Source of the DNA: an uncultured Fidelibacterota bacterium
GTDB lineage: Bacteria > Fidelibacterota > UBA8477 > JABMPR01
Length of the DNA stretch: 64,000 nt
NCBI GenBank assembly: GCA_937888365.1
Contig: CALBFA010000073.1
Location: 44,686-108,685, forward strand
Reading direction: 5' to 3'
How positions within the stretch are numbered: the stretch's first letter is position 1; each line of letters opens with the position of its first letter. The notes beneath the pieces were generated by a model. The model had not been told where the DNA came from. It did no database searches and worked only from the letters and a program-made list of their open reading frames with translations. Positions 9,484-18,417 of this stretch are shown piece after piece. Position numbers and translations under genes: made by a program.

Positions 9484-9947
9484 TTGCCTTTCCAATTCTC
9501 TTTCAAAAAAGTTTTCATATTGTGGCATGTTGATAAGTCTTGATATACCATACAATCTCTGCAATCCGCCATCTTACAGCATTCACCTACATTTGTAAGT
9601 GACCAACAAGGTGCTAAAGTAGAGGTGTAGGCATCACAGTTTTTCCGATCTTTGTCGGAGCATTGAATCATATCCCAACACGGCGCCATACTCAACATCA
9701 TTTTAATGCCGGCAAGATTAAGTCCGTTTTCTTCAATCATGATGCGGATACATTTCAAGCGTTCAATATCCGCTTGGGAATAGAGACGACGTTTTGAGTT
9801 AGTGCGCTTGGGGGAGAGTAAGCCTTCTGTTTCGTACATTCTTAACGAGTGTACTGAAACGCCAATCAGTTCCGCTACAATCCCAATTGTATATACAGGT
9901 TTGTGTTTGTCGTTTAATGTGTCGGATAGGGTTTGAAGCGGGCTCAT
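9480..9947 (-). CDS. MerR-family regulator with Cys-rich C-terminal 'two-CW'-like domain
   Basis: YTIGIVAELIGVSVHSLRMYE...R.YSQADI HTH; C-terminal CW-x4-C...CDAY...CW...CC...CRDC. Confidence 0.85.
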   Translation of the reverse strand: MSPLQTLSDTLNDKHKPVYTIGIVAELIGVSVHSLRMYETEGLLSPKRTNSKRRLYSQADIERLKCIRIMIEENGLNLAGIKMMLSMAPCWDMIQCSDKDRKNCDAYTSTLAPCWSLTNVGECCKMADCRDCMVYQDLSTCHNMKTFLKENWKGK

Positions 9948-9977
9948 AGCAAATCTATATTTCTCAATATAGCTTCG

Positions 9978-9992
9978 ACAATTTTGATGCCA
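9978..9992 (-). promoter_or_regulatory. Putative sigma-54 (-24/-12) promoter for the merR-psr operon
   Basis: Minus strand TGGCAT-CAAAA-TTGT versus consensus TGGCAC-N5-TTGC; about 30 nt upstream of the merR start. Confidence 0.55.
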
Positions 9993-10100
9993 TACTATTT
10001 GTTAATCGTTAATAGTATGTATTAGTAACTATGTTGCTTGTATATGCTTGCTTCTACCAAATAATAAAAAAGTAATGGAATAAATTAGGGATTTAGGACA

Positions 10101-11468
10101 CTAATTTCGTTTCCCCAATTTCCGCCATAGAGTTGCGATACCAATACGCAAAGCATCAGCTGTTTTCGTTCTATTGCCGTTAAAGTGATTCAATACACGT
10201 CGAATATAGGCATTTTCATAATCTTTTAATGGTACGATGCCTTTTAATGTATCGCTTTTGATATCTTCTGAGGGATGATTTTTTAAAAAATCGAAATCTT
10301 TCATTTGTAGCACATCATTGTCCATTAATAGAATTGCACGTTCCAACGCATTTTTTAGTTCGCGAACGTTTCCATTCCAACTTTGATCCGTAAGATTGAG
10401 AAGTGCATCTTTAGAAATGGAAACATTATTTTTACCATACTGAGACTGGTAATATTGGATAAAATGGTGGGCGAGAAGGGGGATGTCTTCTTTACGTTCT
10501 CGTAATGGCGGAATGTTGATTTCCATAATATTTAAGCGATAAAAAAGGTCTTCTCTAAATTTTTTTTGTGCGACAAGTTTCTCCAAATTTTGGTTTGTCG
10601 CTGCGATAACTCTGAAATCCGAATGGATTGTCTCCGTTCCACCCAATCGTTGAATTTCTTTCGTTTCGAGGACTCGAAGTAATTTTGCCTGTAAATTGAG
10701 GGGCATCTCACCAATTTCATCTAAGAAAATCGTTCCACCATTGGCTTGCTCAAAACTACCAATTTTTATTGATTTTGCATCAGTAAAGGCACCTGGTTCA
10801 TGCCCAAAAAATTCACTTTCCATGAGTGTCTCAGGAATTGCAGCCAAATTTCGTGCAACAAAATCGTGATCTTCTCTCGAACTTTGTCTATGGATTTCGT
10901 TGGCGACAACTTCCTTTCCCGTCCCACTTTCGCCTGTTATTAAAACAGTTGTGTCAGATAAAGAAATGCGTTGAATAAGATTTTTTATACTTAAAATGGA
11001 AGAAGATTTACCGATTAATTTCTGCTGTTTTGTCAGTACTTTAACCTTATTTTTTAGAAAGATATTTTCTTGAGATAAACTGATTTTTTCATCAATATTC
11101 CGAATGACAAGTCGTAATTCATCGGGAGTGAATGGCTTTTCCAGATAATCAAATACGCCAAATTTAAGAGCTGTTACAGCGGATTCGTAAGAAGTGAAGG
11201 CGGTAATGACAATAAACTCTGTTTTCTTGCCTTCCTCCTGCATGCGTTGAATCATTTCAAGACCCGTCATACTTTTCATTTTCAAATCGCTGATGACGAG
11301 TTGGAAATCGTTTTCTTTATAAAGCTGAAGCGCTTTTTGAGGGGATGACTCCGTTGTAATTGTATGACCAAGCTTCTTAATAGATTGAGTAATCGTTGCT
11401 AAAATATCGACTTCGTCATCGACGGCTAAAATATTAAGAATACTTGAGGGTGTTTTAGAAAAATTCAT
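10101..11468 (-). CDS. Sigma-54-dependent response regulator (NtrC/AtoC family)
   Basis: REC domain (VDDE, ISDLKM), GESGTGKE Walker A, GAFTDA loop, FLDEIGEM, FREDLFYRL, WNGNVREL, Fis-type HTH. Confidence 0.95.
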   Translation of the reverse strand: MNFSKTPSSILNILAVDDEVDILATITQSIKKLGHTITTESSPQKALQLYKENDFQLVISDLKMKSMTGLEMIQRMQEEGKKTEFIVITAFTSYESAVTALKFGVFDYLEKPFTPDELRLVIRNIDEKISLSQENIFLKNKVKVLTKQQKLIGKSSSILSIKNLIQRISLSDTTVLITGESGTGKEVVANEIHRQSSREDHDFVARNLAAIPETLMESEFFGHEPGAFTDAKSIKIGSFEQANGGTIFLDEIGEMPLNLQAKLLRVLETKEIQRLGGTETIHSDFRVIAATNQNLEKLVAQKKFREDLFYRLNIMEINIPPLRERKEDIPLLAHHFIQYYQSQYGKNNVSISKDALLNLTDQSWNGNVRELKNALERAILLMDNDVLQMKDFDFLKNHPSEDIKSDTLKGIVPLKDYENAYIRRVLNHFNGNRTKTADALRIGIATLWRKLGKRN

Positions 11469-11472
11469 GCTT

Positions 11473-12978
11473 TTAGCTTTCTTGAATCGGTAAGTTTATG
11501 CTGACAATAGCCCCTTTTAATCGAAATAGGCTAGGTGTTTTTGGATTCCGTATTGTGAGTGTTCCTTTATGTTGATAAATAATCTCATAGCTTAAATAGA
11601 GTCCAATTCCTGTACCCGTATCTTTTGTCGAAAAAAAAGGTTCAAAGAGCTTGTCAGCGTCTTCCATATTAATGCCTGGTCCAGAATCTTGAATATCGAT
11701 ACAAATTGTTTTCTCCGTTTGAGCGAGTTGAATTTCTATTTCGCCATCATGTTGAATGGCATCAAAGGCATTTTGTAAAATATTGATAATAACGCGAGAA
11801 ATATGAGGTTTCATGATTGGAATCTTTGAAATAATGCTGCGTTTAGTAAGACTTATTTTAATATTTTCTCGTTTCGCCTTTTTCTCAAATATGTTGATGG
11901 CTTCTGCGATGAGTTTTGATATATCCGTCAAAGATTTAATAATTTGTCCGCGACGCGATAGCTCTGAGACATCACGAATAAGGCGATGCGCTCTTTCGGT
12001 ATTTCGTATGACGCGTTCAATATTTTCCAGGTTATCTTTATTTTTCAATTCTTCCTCAAGAAGCTTTGCCGACATCAATATCGAATTAAGAGGGTTGTTT
12101 AATTCGTGGGCGATACTTGCCGTTAAACGTCCCAGTGACGCGAGGCGTTCTGTTCTCGCTAAATCTTTTTCGAGTGCCAAACTTTTGGCGACACCGACTT
12201 TTACCTGTTCATGGAGATGGAGATTAAAATCGTTTAGTACTTTACGATTCCGACGTAATTCATCAATCATGCTATTGTAAGCATGAGAAACTTGACCAAA
12301 TTCATCACGCCGAACGATATCAAGACGATAGAGAAAGTTTCCCTCAGCTAATTCGCGAAAGCCTTTTCGCAATTGTTTTAGAGGCAAAATAATGACTTTA
12401 TTAAGAAGAAAAATTACGATATTCCCAGCAAAGAAAAACGTTATCAATACAATGGTGACGGCTTGTTTAATGCGATTAAATTCATCATCGATTTGGTTAA
12501 CAATATGATCAGGAAGTGTGAAAATAACAACGCTCATCGATGTATGATTGTTTTTTGTTAAAGGAAAATAGTAGCCTAATAAACCATTTGGAAGGAGTTG
12601 TTTGTCTTGATACCGAACATCAGTAAAAACACTACTTGGATTCAGTTTCAAAGAAGGTGAATATTCACCGATATTATGAATCAGTTCGTACTTATCATCC
12701 AATAAAAGGATAGCATAAGGTTGATGTTTCGCGTAAAAACTGAGCAATATTTTATCAATGAGCGTAAAATTGGAATTTAAAAACGGTTGTTCAGAAAGGG
12801 AGAGAATATTAACGCCATCGGATTTAAAACTCTTTTCATATTGATTTTGGAAAACATTCTGAGTGGCTTGAAGAGTAATGAGGCCCAGAAACAAGAGTAG
12901 TAAAAATGCAGAATAGAAAAAAGAAATGATTTTAAAGCGAATCGAAAAAATGCCGTCAAACGAGAATCGTATTTTCAT
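11473..12978 (-). CDS. Sensor histidine kinase (2 TM, HAMP, HisKA, HATPase)
   Basis: RRDEFG HAMP, IAHELNNPL H-box, NILQNAFDA, DSGPG, PFFSTK..GTGIGL. Confidence 0.93.
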   Translation of the reverse strand: MKIRFSFDGIFSIRFKIISFFYSAFLLLLFLGLITLQATQNVFQNQYEKSFKSDGVNILSLSEQPFLNSNFTLIDKILLSFYAKHQPYAILLLDDKYELIHNIGEYSPSLKLNPSSVFTDVRYQDKQLLPNGLLGYYFPLTKNNHTSMSVVIFTLPDHIVNQIDDEFNRIKQAVTIVLITFFFAGNIVIFLLNKVIILPLKQLRKGFRELAEGNFLYRLDIVRRDEFGQVSHAYNSMIDELRRNRKVLNDFNLHLHEQVKVGVAKSLALEKDLARTERLASLGRLTASIAHELNNPLNSILMSAKLLEEELKNKDNLENIERVIRNTERAHRLIRDVSELSRRGQIIKSLTDISKLIAEAINIFEKKAKRENIKISLTKRSIISKIPIMKPHISRVIINILQNAFDAIQHDGEIEIQLAQTEKTICIDIQDSGPGINMEDADKLFEPFFSTKDTGTGIGLYLSYEIIYQHKGTLTIRNPKTPSLFRLKGAIVSINLPIQES

Positions 12979-13015
12979 ATTGACAAAAAGTAATGTTTAT
13001 GACCTAAATCACAAC

Positions 13016-13054
13016 AAATCATTTCATAATGAAATGATTTGTATCAATATGAAA
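13016..13054. promoter_or_regulatory. Putative enhancer (UAS) for a sigma-54 activator
   Basis: Perfect inverted repeat AAATCATTTCAT-A-ATGAAATGATTT (13016-13040), a second site TATCAATATGAAA (13042-13054) and a third TTTCATATTGACA (12973-12985); all share TCA-N3-TGA. Confidence 0.55.
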
Positions 13055-13112
13055 ATGTCTAAATATTAGAAAAAACCATCTAAAATATTGTTTATTAAGT
13101 AATAATGACAAA

Positions 13113-13127
13113 TGGCACATCATTTGA
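13113..13127 (+). promoter_or_regulatory. Putative sigma-54 promoter for the porin-liv operon
   Basis: TGGCAC-ATCAT-TTGA versus TGGCAC-N5-TTGC; AT-rich spacer to the palindromic sites upstream. Confidence 0.6.
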
Positions 13128-13222
13128 GAAAAGAAGGGTATGCAGACAGAGCATGTTTTAATGAACTTTTCAGGAATGGACCTGAACGGCTCCAGAGAAA
13201 TAACGAACTAAAGGAGAAAAAA

Positions 13223-14308
13223 ATGAGAAAAAATCTCAGCTTAACCTTGGTACTCATCTTGGTGTTGACCATGGCAACAGCCTATGCAGATATCACGTTT
13301 AGTGGTGATGCACGTGTCCGCCCTAGAATGGATGTAAAAACATATGGCGAGAACGCCGAAAAAACCGTTACGGACAATTATTACTACTACCGAGCTCGTT
13401 TAAATGTTATGGCAAATATGAGCGAAGGTTATTACTTCAAAACTCAATTAGGAACAAATGGAGTAGCAACTTGGACGGGTAAATTTGGTACAGGTTCAAC
13501 TCCTAGCGGATCTTCTATTCCTTCTGCAGGTCGTGGAACACTTTCCTTTTTGCAATTGTATTTTGGACACAAAGGTGATGCTTTTGGTTGGTCTGCAGGG
13601 ATTATTCCTGTTTCGGGTAATTCCATGACGGATTTTCATTATTATCCTACTATTGCACTTGATATCCCTTGGGTGATTTATAACAATAGTGCCGCATCTG
13701 GTTTTAATTTTTATTACATGTTGGCTGGGAACAAGCTCGATTTGAAAGTTATAGTTGATGACAATCTTGGTGTCGTTACTGATGATGTTGGAGACTCACT
13801 TGATGTTACAACCAAAGATGCATATTCTATACATTTAAACTACCCTGTTAAATTTGCAGGCGTTAAGATTTCTCCCGAATTTATTAAAACATTAGGCGAT
13901 GAGGGAAAAGCATCTCCAATGACGTTTGGAGCAGAAGTAGCCTTGCCCAAAATGGCAGGTTTTGGGTTTTCTATGTTTGCTGGCTTAACATCTCAAACTG
14001 TTGTAGATGCAGGAACCTATGCTGGTTTCATTGCACGGGGAAAACTAGTTGGAAAAGTTGGACCTGGATCTATAACGGCTTGGTATGATATGGCTAAACT
14101 GACAGATACATCAGGTGATGTAGATGTCATTACCAATTTTTCGTATATTTGGCTCGCATACAAATATACGGCTCATAAATCAGACCAAGGATCTCTTACG
14201 TTTGCACCAACTATTAGAATTTACAACAAGAATACGGATACTGACGGTGTCATGAGCGGATATTATTCGCGCTCAAAATTTGAATTAACAACAGAAGTAA
14301 AGTTCTAA
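13223..14308 (+). CDS. Outer-membrane porin-like beta-barrel protein
   Basis: AAGGAG RBS before the ATG at 13223; signal peptide ending AYA; ITFSGDARVR first strand; C-terminal ELTTEVKF (terminal Phe). Confidence 0.72.
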   Translation: MRKNLSLTLVLILVLTMATAYADITFSGDARVRPRMDVKTYGENAEKTVTDNYYYYRARLNVMANMSEGYYFKTQLGTNGVATWTGKFGTGSTPSGSSIPSAGRGTLSFLQLYFGHKGDAFGWSAGIIPVSGNSMTDFHYYPTIALDIPWVIYNNSAASGFNFYYMLAGNKLDLKVIVDDNLGVVTDDVGDSLDVTTKDAYSIHLNYPVKFAGVKISPEFIKTLGDEGKASPMTFGAEVALPKMAGFGFSMFAGLTSQTVVDAGTYAGFIARGKLVGKVGPGSITAWYDMAKLTDTSGDVDVITNFSYIWLAYKYTAHKSDQGSLTFAPTIRIYNKNTDTDGVMSGYYSRSKFELTTEVKF

Positions 14309-14322
14309 CACATTAATTTTAA

Positions 14323-14354
14323 TCCGAGGTGGTTTTAAATTAAACCACCTCGGA
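14323..14354 (+). other. Intergenic stem-loop between the porin and SBP genes
   Basis: TCCGAGGTGGTTT-N6-AAACCACCTCGGA, a perfect 13-bp stem with no U-tract. Confidence 0.7.
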
Positions 14355-14372
14355 AATTACACGAGGTATCGT

Positions 14373-15608
14373 ATGAAAAAAATATTAGTACTTAGCTTAA
14401 TTGTGGCAATAGGATTAACATTTTTAATAGGCTGTTCTTCAAAAGAAGAAGGATCCATTAAAATTGGTGTACTTTTGCCTCTGACGGGCTCACAAGCGAA
14501 ATTTGGTGAGATGGAAAAGAATTCTTTTGATATTGCTCAAGCAGAGATTAATCAAGCAGGCGGTATTAAAGGCCGTCAATTAGAATTTGTATATGAAGAT
14601 GATACAGGCAAACCGGACGTTGGACGTATGGGAATGGAAAAACTGATTGCTCAGGATAAAGTCCCCATGATTACAGGCGGTTACAGCTCATCTGTGACAT
14701 TCGCAGCAGCACAAGTCGCTCAAAAATATCGCGTCCCATTTATGGTTTGTACAGGAAGTGTTGACAAAATTACGGAGCCAGAGGCGTATGATTTGAACAA
14801 AAACGATGGTGATAAATTTTATGTATATCGCATAAATCCACCTGTGTCAGAATATGCATCTGGACTAGAAGGATTTATTAATAGCGTTGTAAAACCAAAA
14901 TCCGTGATGATTTTTCACGAAGGTACAACTTTTGGAACGAAGGGCGCTGAAGCATTTGCTAAAACTTGCAGCAAATTAGGCATTGATGTTTTGGGAACAG
15001 AATCTTACACCGAAGGAACAGTCGATTTCAAACCCATGCTCCTCGGCGTGAAAGAAAAAAATCCCGATGTTGTTTATATGATTGCCTATGTTATGGATGC
15101 TGCTCTTTTAATGAAACAGTCAAAAGATTTACAATTATCACCTCAGATATTTATTGGTGCTGGTGCTGGATTTACGATGCCTGCATTTAGAGAAAATGCT
15201 GGAGTTGCATCACGCAAAGTTGTTTCTTCAACCTTATGGCATCAATCCTTGCCTTTGGCAGGTGCACAAGAGTATTTCGATAAATATGTTGAAAAATTTG
15301 GTGCCGAAAACACGCCTGATTATCATGGAGCTGAAGCTTACGCCGCAGCTTATGTCGTGAAAGATGTACTCAACAGAGCGACTGACTACACGCCTGAATC
15401 ATTGAAAAATGCCCTTGATAAATCAGATCTTATGACGGTATTTGGCCCCGTCAAATTTACGAGTTATGGCAAGAAAATTCATCAAAACAAGATGGATACC
15501 TATGTTGTACAGTGGATTAATGATGAGTTGAAATTAATTTGGCCTCAATCGCTTGCGGATGCTGACTATGCATTCCCAATTAATTATGCAAAAGAATGGG
15601 CCGAATAA
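14373..15608 (+). CDS. livK: Branched-chain amino acid-type ABC transporter substrate-binding lipoprotein
   Basis: Lipobox LIGC; IKIGVLLPLTG...G...EIN.AGGI.GR...EDD; GGYSSS. Confidence 0.85.
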   Translation: MKKILVLSLIVAIGLTFLIGCSSKEEGSIKIGVLLPLTGSQAKFGEMEKNSFDIAQAEINQAGGIKGRQLEFVYEDDTGKPDVGRMGMEKLIAQDKVPMITGGYSSSVTFAAAQVAQKYRVPFMVCTGSVDKITEPEAYDLNKNDGDKFYVYRINPPVSEYASGLEGFINSVVKPKSVMIFHEGTTFGTKGAEAFAKTCSKLGIDVLGTESYTEGTVDFKPMLLGVKEKNPDVVYMIAYVMDAALLMKQSKDLQLSPQIFIGAGAGFTMPAFRENAGVASRKVVSSTLWHQSLPLAGAQEYFDKYVEKFGAENTPDYHGAEAYAAAYVVKDVLNRATDYTPESLKNALDKSDLMTVFGPVKFTSYGKKIHQNKMDTYVVQWINDELKLIWPQSLADADYAFPINYAKEWAE

Positions 15609-15634
15609 TACAAGCCTTTTCTTGATCTTTGGCG

Positions 15635-15706
15635 TGTTTTTCACCTAAGGTGAGAAACAAAAAATTGCAGGGCTCATGCAGAATTAAATGGGTGAGCCCC
15701 GCAATT
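15635..15706 (+). other. Two stem-loops after the SBP gene (likely mRNA stabilising or attenuating)
   Basis: TGTTTTTCACCT-A-AGGTGAGAAACA (15635-15659) and AATTGCAGGGCTCA...TGAGCCCCGCAATT (15663-15706). Confidence 0.55.
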
Positions 15707-15754
15707 CTATGAAATAAGTTATTTAATAGCAAAATAATTAAAATTGGAAATTCC

Positions 15755-16666
15755 ATGGAAACGTTTCTTCAAACATTAGCTTCGGGAATACTTATTGGCG
15801 GACTTTACGCCATAATTGGAATTGGCATGACATTGATTATGGGCGTCTTAAATATTATCAATTTAGCCCACGGTCAAATTTTAATGATTTCAATGTATAT
15901 CACATGGGTATTGTGGCATTATTTCGGAATTGATCCCTACATGTCAATCTTTATAACCATTCCAACTGTATTTTTGATTGCCGAAGGCATCAGCAAATAT
16001 TTTCTACATCCTTTAATTGATAAAGATTCAATTTTGCCTGAAAATCAAGTTCTAATGACCGTAGGAATCGGAATGGTCATCATGGAGCTTGCCCGCACAA
16101 TTTTTACCAGTGATTTTAAGTCTATTTCGCCAACGACCACACTTCGTGGTGAAAAAATTGATATCCCAGGATATTTACAAAATTCAATTCATATAGCGAA
16201 TATAAGTATTTCAATCCCACTTTTAATTGCATTTTCCATTTCAATCTTTTTGACCTTAGGTTTGTTTCTCTTTTTAACAAAAACTGACAAAGGTCGTTCC
16301 GTTCGTGCTACGGCGCAAGATAAAGGTGCCGCAGCCTTAATGGGTATTTCCACCGCTAAAATTACGATACTTACGTATGGAATCGGCTCAGCTTTGGATG
16401 CTGCGGCTGGTTCATTATTGCTTCCTATTTACTATTTGTACCCAGATGTTGGTCCCATTTTTACGGTGAAAGCCTTTGTTATTACCATATTAGGGGGACT
16501 TGGGTCAACTGTTGGAGCAATCTTTGGTGGTCTAATTCTTGGTTTGGCTGAAACCTTTGGTGCAACGTACATTTCTATGGGATATAAAGATGCTGTTGGT
16601 TTAATAATTTTCTTACTCGTACTCGTCTTCTTTCCCGGTGGACTCAAACGGTTTACAAAGGTTTAG
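15755..16666 (+). CDS. livH: BCAA ABC transporter permease
   Basis: GGLYA..GIG.TLI.GV...INLAHG; T..GR..RA.AQD..AA.LMGI. Confidence 0.9.
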   Translation: METFLQTLASGILIGGLYAIIGIGMTLIMGVLNIINLAHGQILMISMYITWVLWHYFGIDPYMSIFITIPTVFLIAEGISKYFLHPLIDKDSILPENQVLMTVGIGMVIMELARTIFTSDFKSISPTTTLRGEKIDIPGYLQNSIHIANISISIPLLIAFSISIFLTLGLFLFLTKTDKGRSVRATAQDKGAAALMGISTAKITILTYGIGSALDAAAGSLLLPIYYLYPDVGPIFTVKAFVITILGGLGSTVGAIFGGLILGLAETFGATYISMGYKDAVGLIIFLLVLVFFPGGLKRFTKV

Positions 16667-16675
16667 GAGCTGAAA

Positions 16676-17677
16676 ATGACAAATAATACACAAAATGGCT
16701 TCTTTAAATTGACTAAGTTTGAATTTACAGCAATTGCCATCATTATGATTTCACCTCTTCTATTTTCTTGGTCTATGTATTTTCAAGGATTACTCATTAT
16801 CGTTATGTTATGGATTATTTTAGGTTTAAGCTGGAATTTAATGGCTGGATATACGGGCCAAGTATCTTTTGGACATGCAGCCTTTTTTGGTATCGGCGCC
16901 TATGCGGCCGCATTACCATATTTCCATTGGAGAATATCACCTTGGTGGGGACTCATTACGGGTCCTATAGTTGCTGTTGCTTTTGGATATTTTTTAGGAA
17001 AATTAGTATTTAAGCTAAAGGGTCCCTATTTCGCCCTTGGTACCTTGGCATCAGGTGAGATTCTACGCATCATATTTGGCGAAGAAGAACTCATCACGAA
17101 TGGGCATAATGGTATTTTTTATATGACAACTTGGACGAGTAAACTACCCTATTTTTATATCGCTGCCGCTCTCGCCATTTTTTCGATATTAATTATTCGA
17201 AAAATTATTCAGAGCAAATTGGGCTTCTACTTTCTTTCCATTCGTGAAGATCAAGATGCGGCCGAAGCTTTAGGCATTGATACGGTGAAGTACAAAAATC
17301 TAAGTCTGGCAATCTCAGCAGCAATGGCTGGAGTCGCGGGGGCATTCTATATGATTTATATGGGATTTATCGATCCCGAAGTCGTTTTTGCACTACACAA
17401 TATTTCTATAATTACCATACTCGTCGGTATCATTGGTGGCGTTGGTACAATTTGGGGACCAGCAGTTGGAGCCATCGTCATGATATTTATACAAGAATTA
17501 TTTAGGTCGTCACTTTTCGGCCTTGGACCCGAGTGGTTGTCGCGACTACATTCGCTGGTTTTTGGAGCACTTGTCGTTTTAATTATTTTATATATGGCGG
17601 GTGGTATTGTGGGTGATTGGCCAATCATTGCTAATAAAATTAAATCCTGGAAAAATAAGACTGAGGGTCAATCATGA
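16676..17677 (+). CDS. livM: BCAA ABC transporter permease
   Basis: SWNL..GYTGQVSFGHAAFFGIGAY; L.GPYFALGT; IREDQDAAEALGI. Confidence 0.9.
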   Translation: MTNNTQNGFFKLTKFEFTAIAIIMISPLLFSWSMYFQGLLIIVMLWIILGLSWNLMAGYTGQVSFGHAAFFGIGAYAAALPYFHWRISPWWGLITGPIVAVAFGYFLGKLVFKLKGPYFALGTLASGEILRIIFGEEELITNGHNGIFYMTTWTSKLPYFYIAAALAIFSILIIRKIIQSKLGFYFLSIREDQDAAEALGIDTVKYKNLSLAISAAMAGVAGAFYMIYMGFIDPEVVFALHNISIITILVGIIGGVGTIWGPAVGAIVMIFIQELFRSSLFGLGPEWLSRLHSLVFGALVVLIILYMAGGIVGDWPIIANKIKSWKNKTEGQS

Positions 17678-18417
17678 GTATTTTAGAAATTGATGGTCTC
17701 ACTAAACACTTTGGTGGATTAACGGCTGTCGATCATGTTAGTTTTGAAGTTCAAGAAGGTGAAATCTTGGGTCTTATTGGTCCAAATGGAAGCGGGAAAA
17801 CGACGCTGTTTAATTTAATTAATAGTTTTTATACGGTTTCCAGCGGAAAAATAATATTCAATAAGCAAGATATCACGCATCTCAAAACGAATGAGATAGC
17901 CAAAGCAGGTATCGGACGAACGTTTCAAGTCGTTAAACCGCTTAAAAGATTGTCGGTAGAAGATAATGTTATGGCAGGTGCTTTTGCCCGTGAAAATTCG
18001 TTCTCGGGTGCTCGAGAAGTCGCACATGAGGTATTGAAATTTTGCCATTTAGATGATTATTCACAGATGAAAGCCGATAGTTTACCCATTGGTGGACGGA
18101 AACGTCTTGAAATTGCAAAAGCACTCGCCACACGCCCTTCCTTACTTTTGCTCGATGAAACAGCCGCAGGTCTTAATCCCACAGAAGTTGTGGAAGCCAT
18201 CCAAATTATGAAAAACATCCGTGACGAATTAGGCATAACTATTATTATTGTTGAACATATTATGAAAGTAATAATGACGATAAGTGATAGAATTTTAGCC
18301 ATCGCACACGGCTCAACCATTGCCGAAGGAAAGCCGGAAATAGTAGCTCAAGACCCTGCTGTCATTCAAGCTTATCTAGGTTCAGAATTTAATATAGGAG
18401 ACCACTTCAATGCTTAA
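17674..18417 (+). CDS. livG: BCAA ABC transporter ATP-binding protein
   Basis: KHFGGL.AV, GPNGSGKTT, GIGRTFQ, LLDE.AAGL, VEH, V..AYLG. Confidence 0.92.
   Translation: MSILEIDGLTKHFGGLTAVDHVSFEVQEGEILGLIGPNGSGKTTLFNLINSFYTVSSGKIIFNKQDITHLKTNEIAKAGIGRTFQVVKPLKRLSVEDNVMAGAFARENSFSGAREVAHEVLKFCHLDDYSQMKADSLPIGGRKRLEIAKALATRPSLLLLDETAAGLNPTEVVEAIQIMKNIRDELGITIIIVEHIMKVIMTISDRILAIAHGSTIAEGKPEIVAQDPAVIQAYLGSEFNIGDHFNA

Noticed and set aside
9484-9564. N-terminal extension of PsrA given by the ORF track
   Set aside because: It overlaps merR; the Tat signal and ATGA coupling point to 9483. Extensions at 13112, 33093, 40555, 47296 and 4675 were trimmed on similar grounds.
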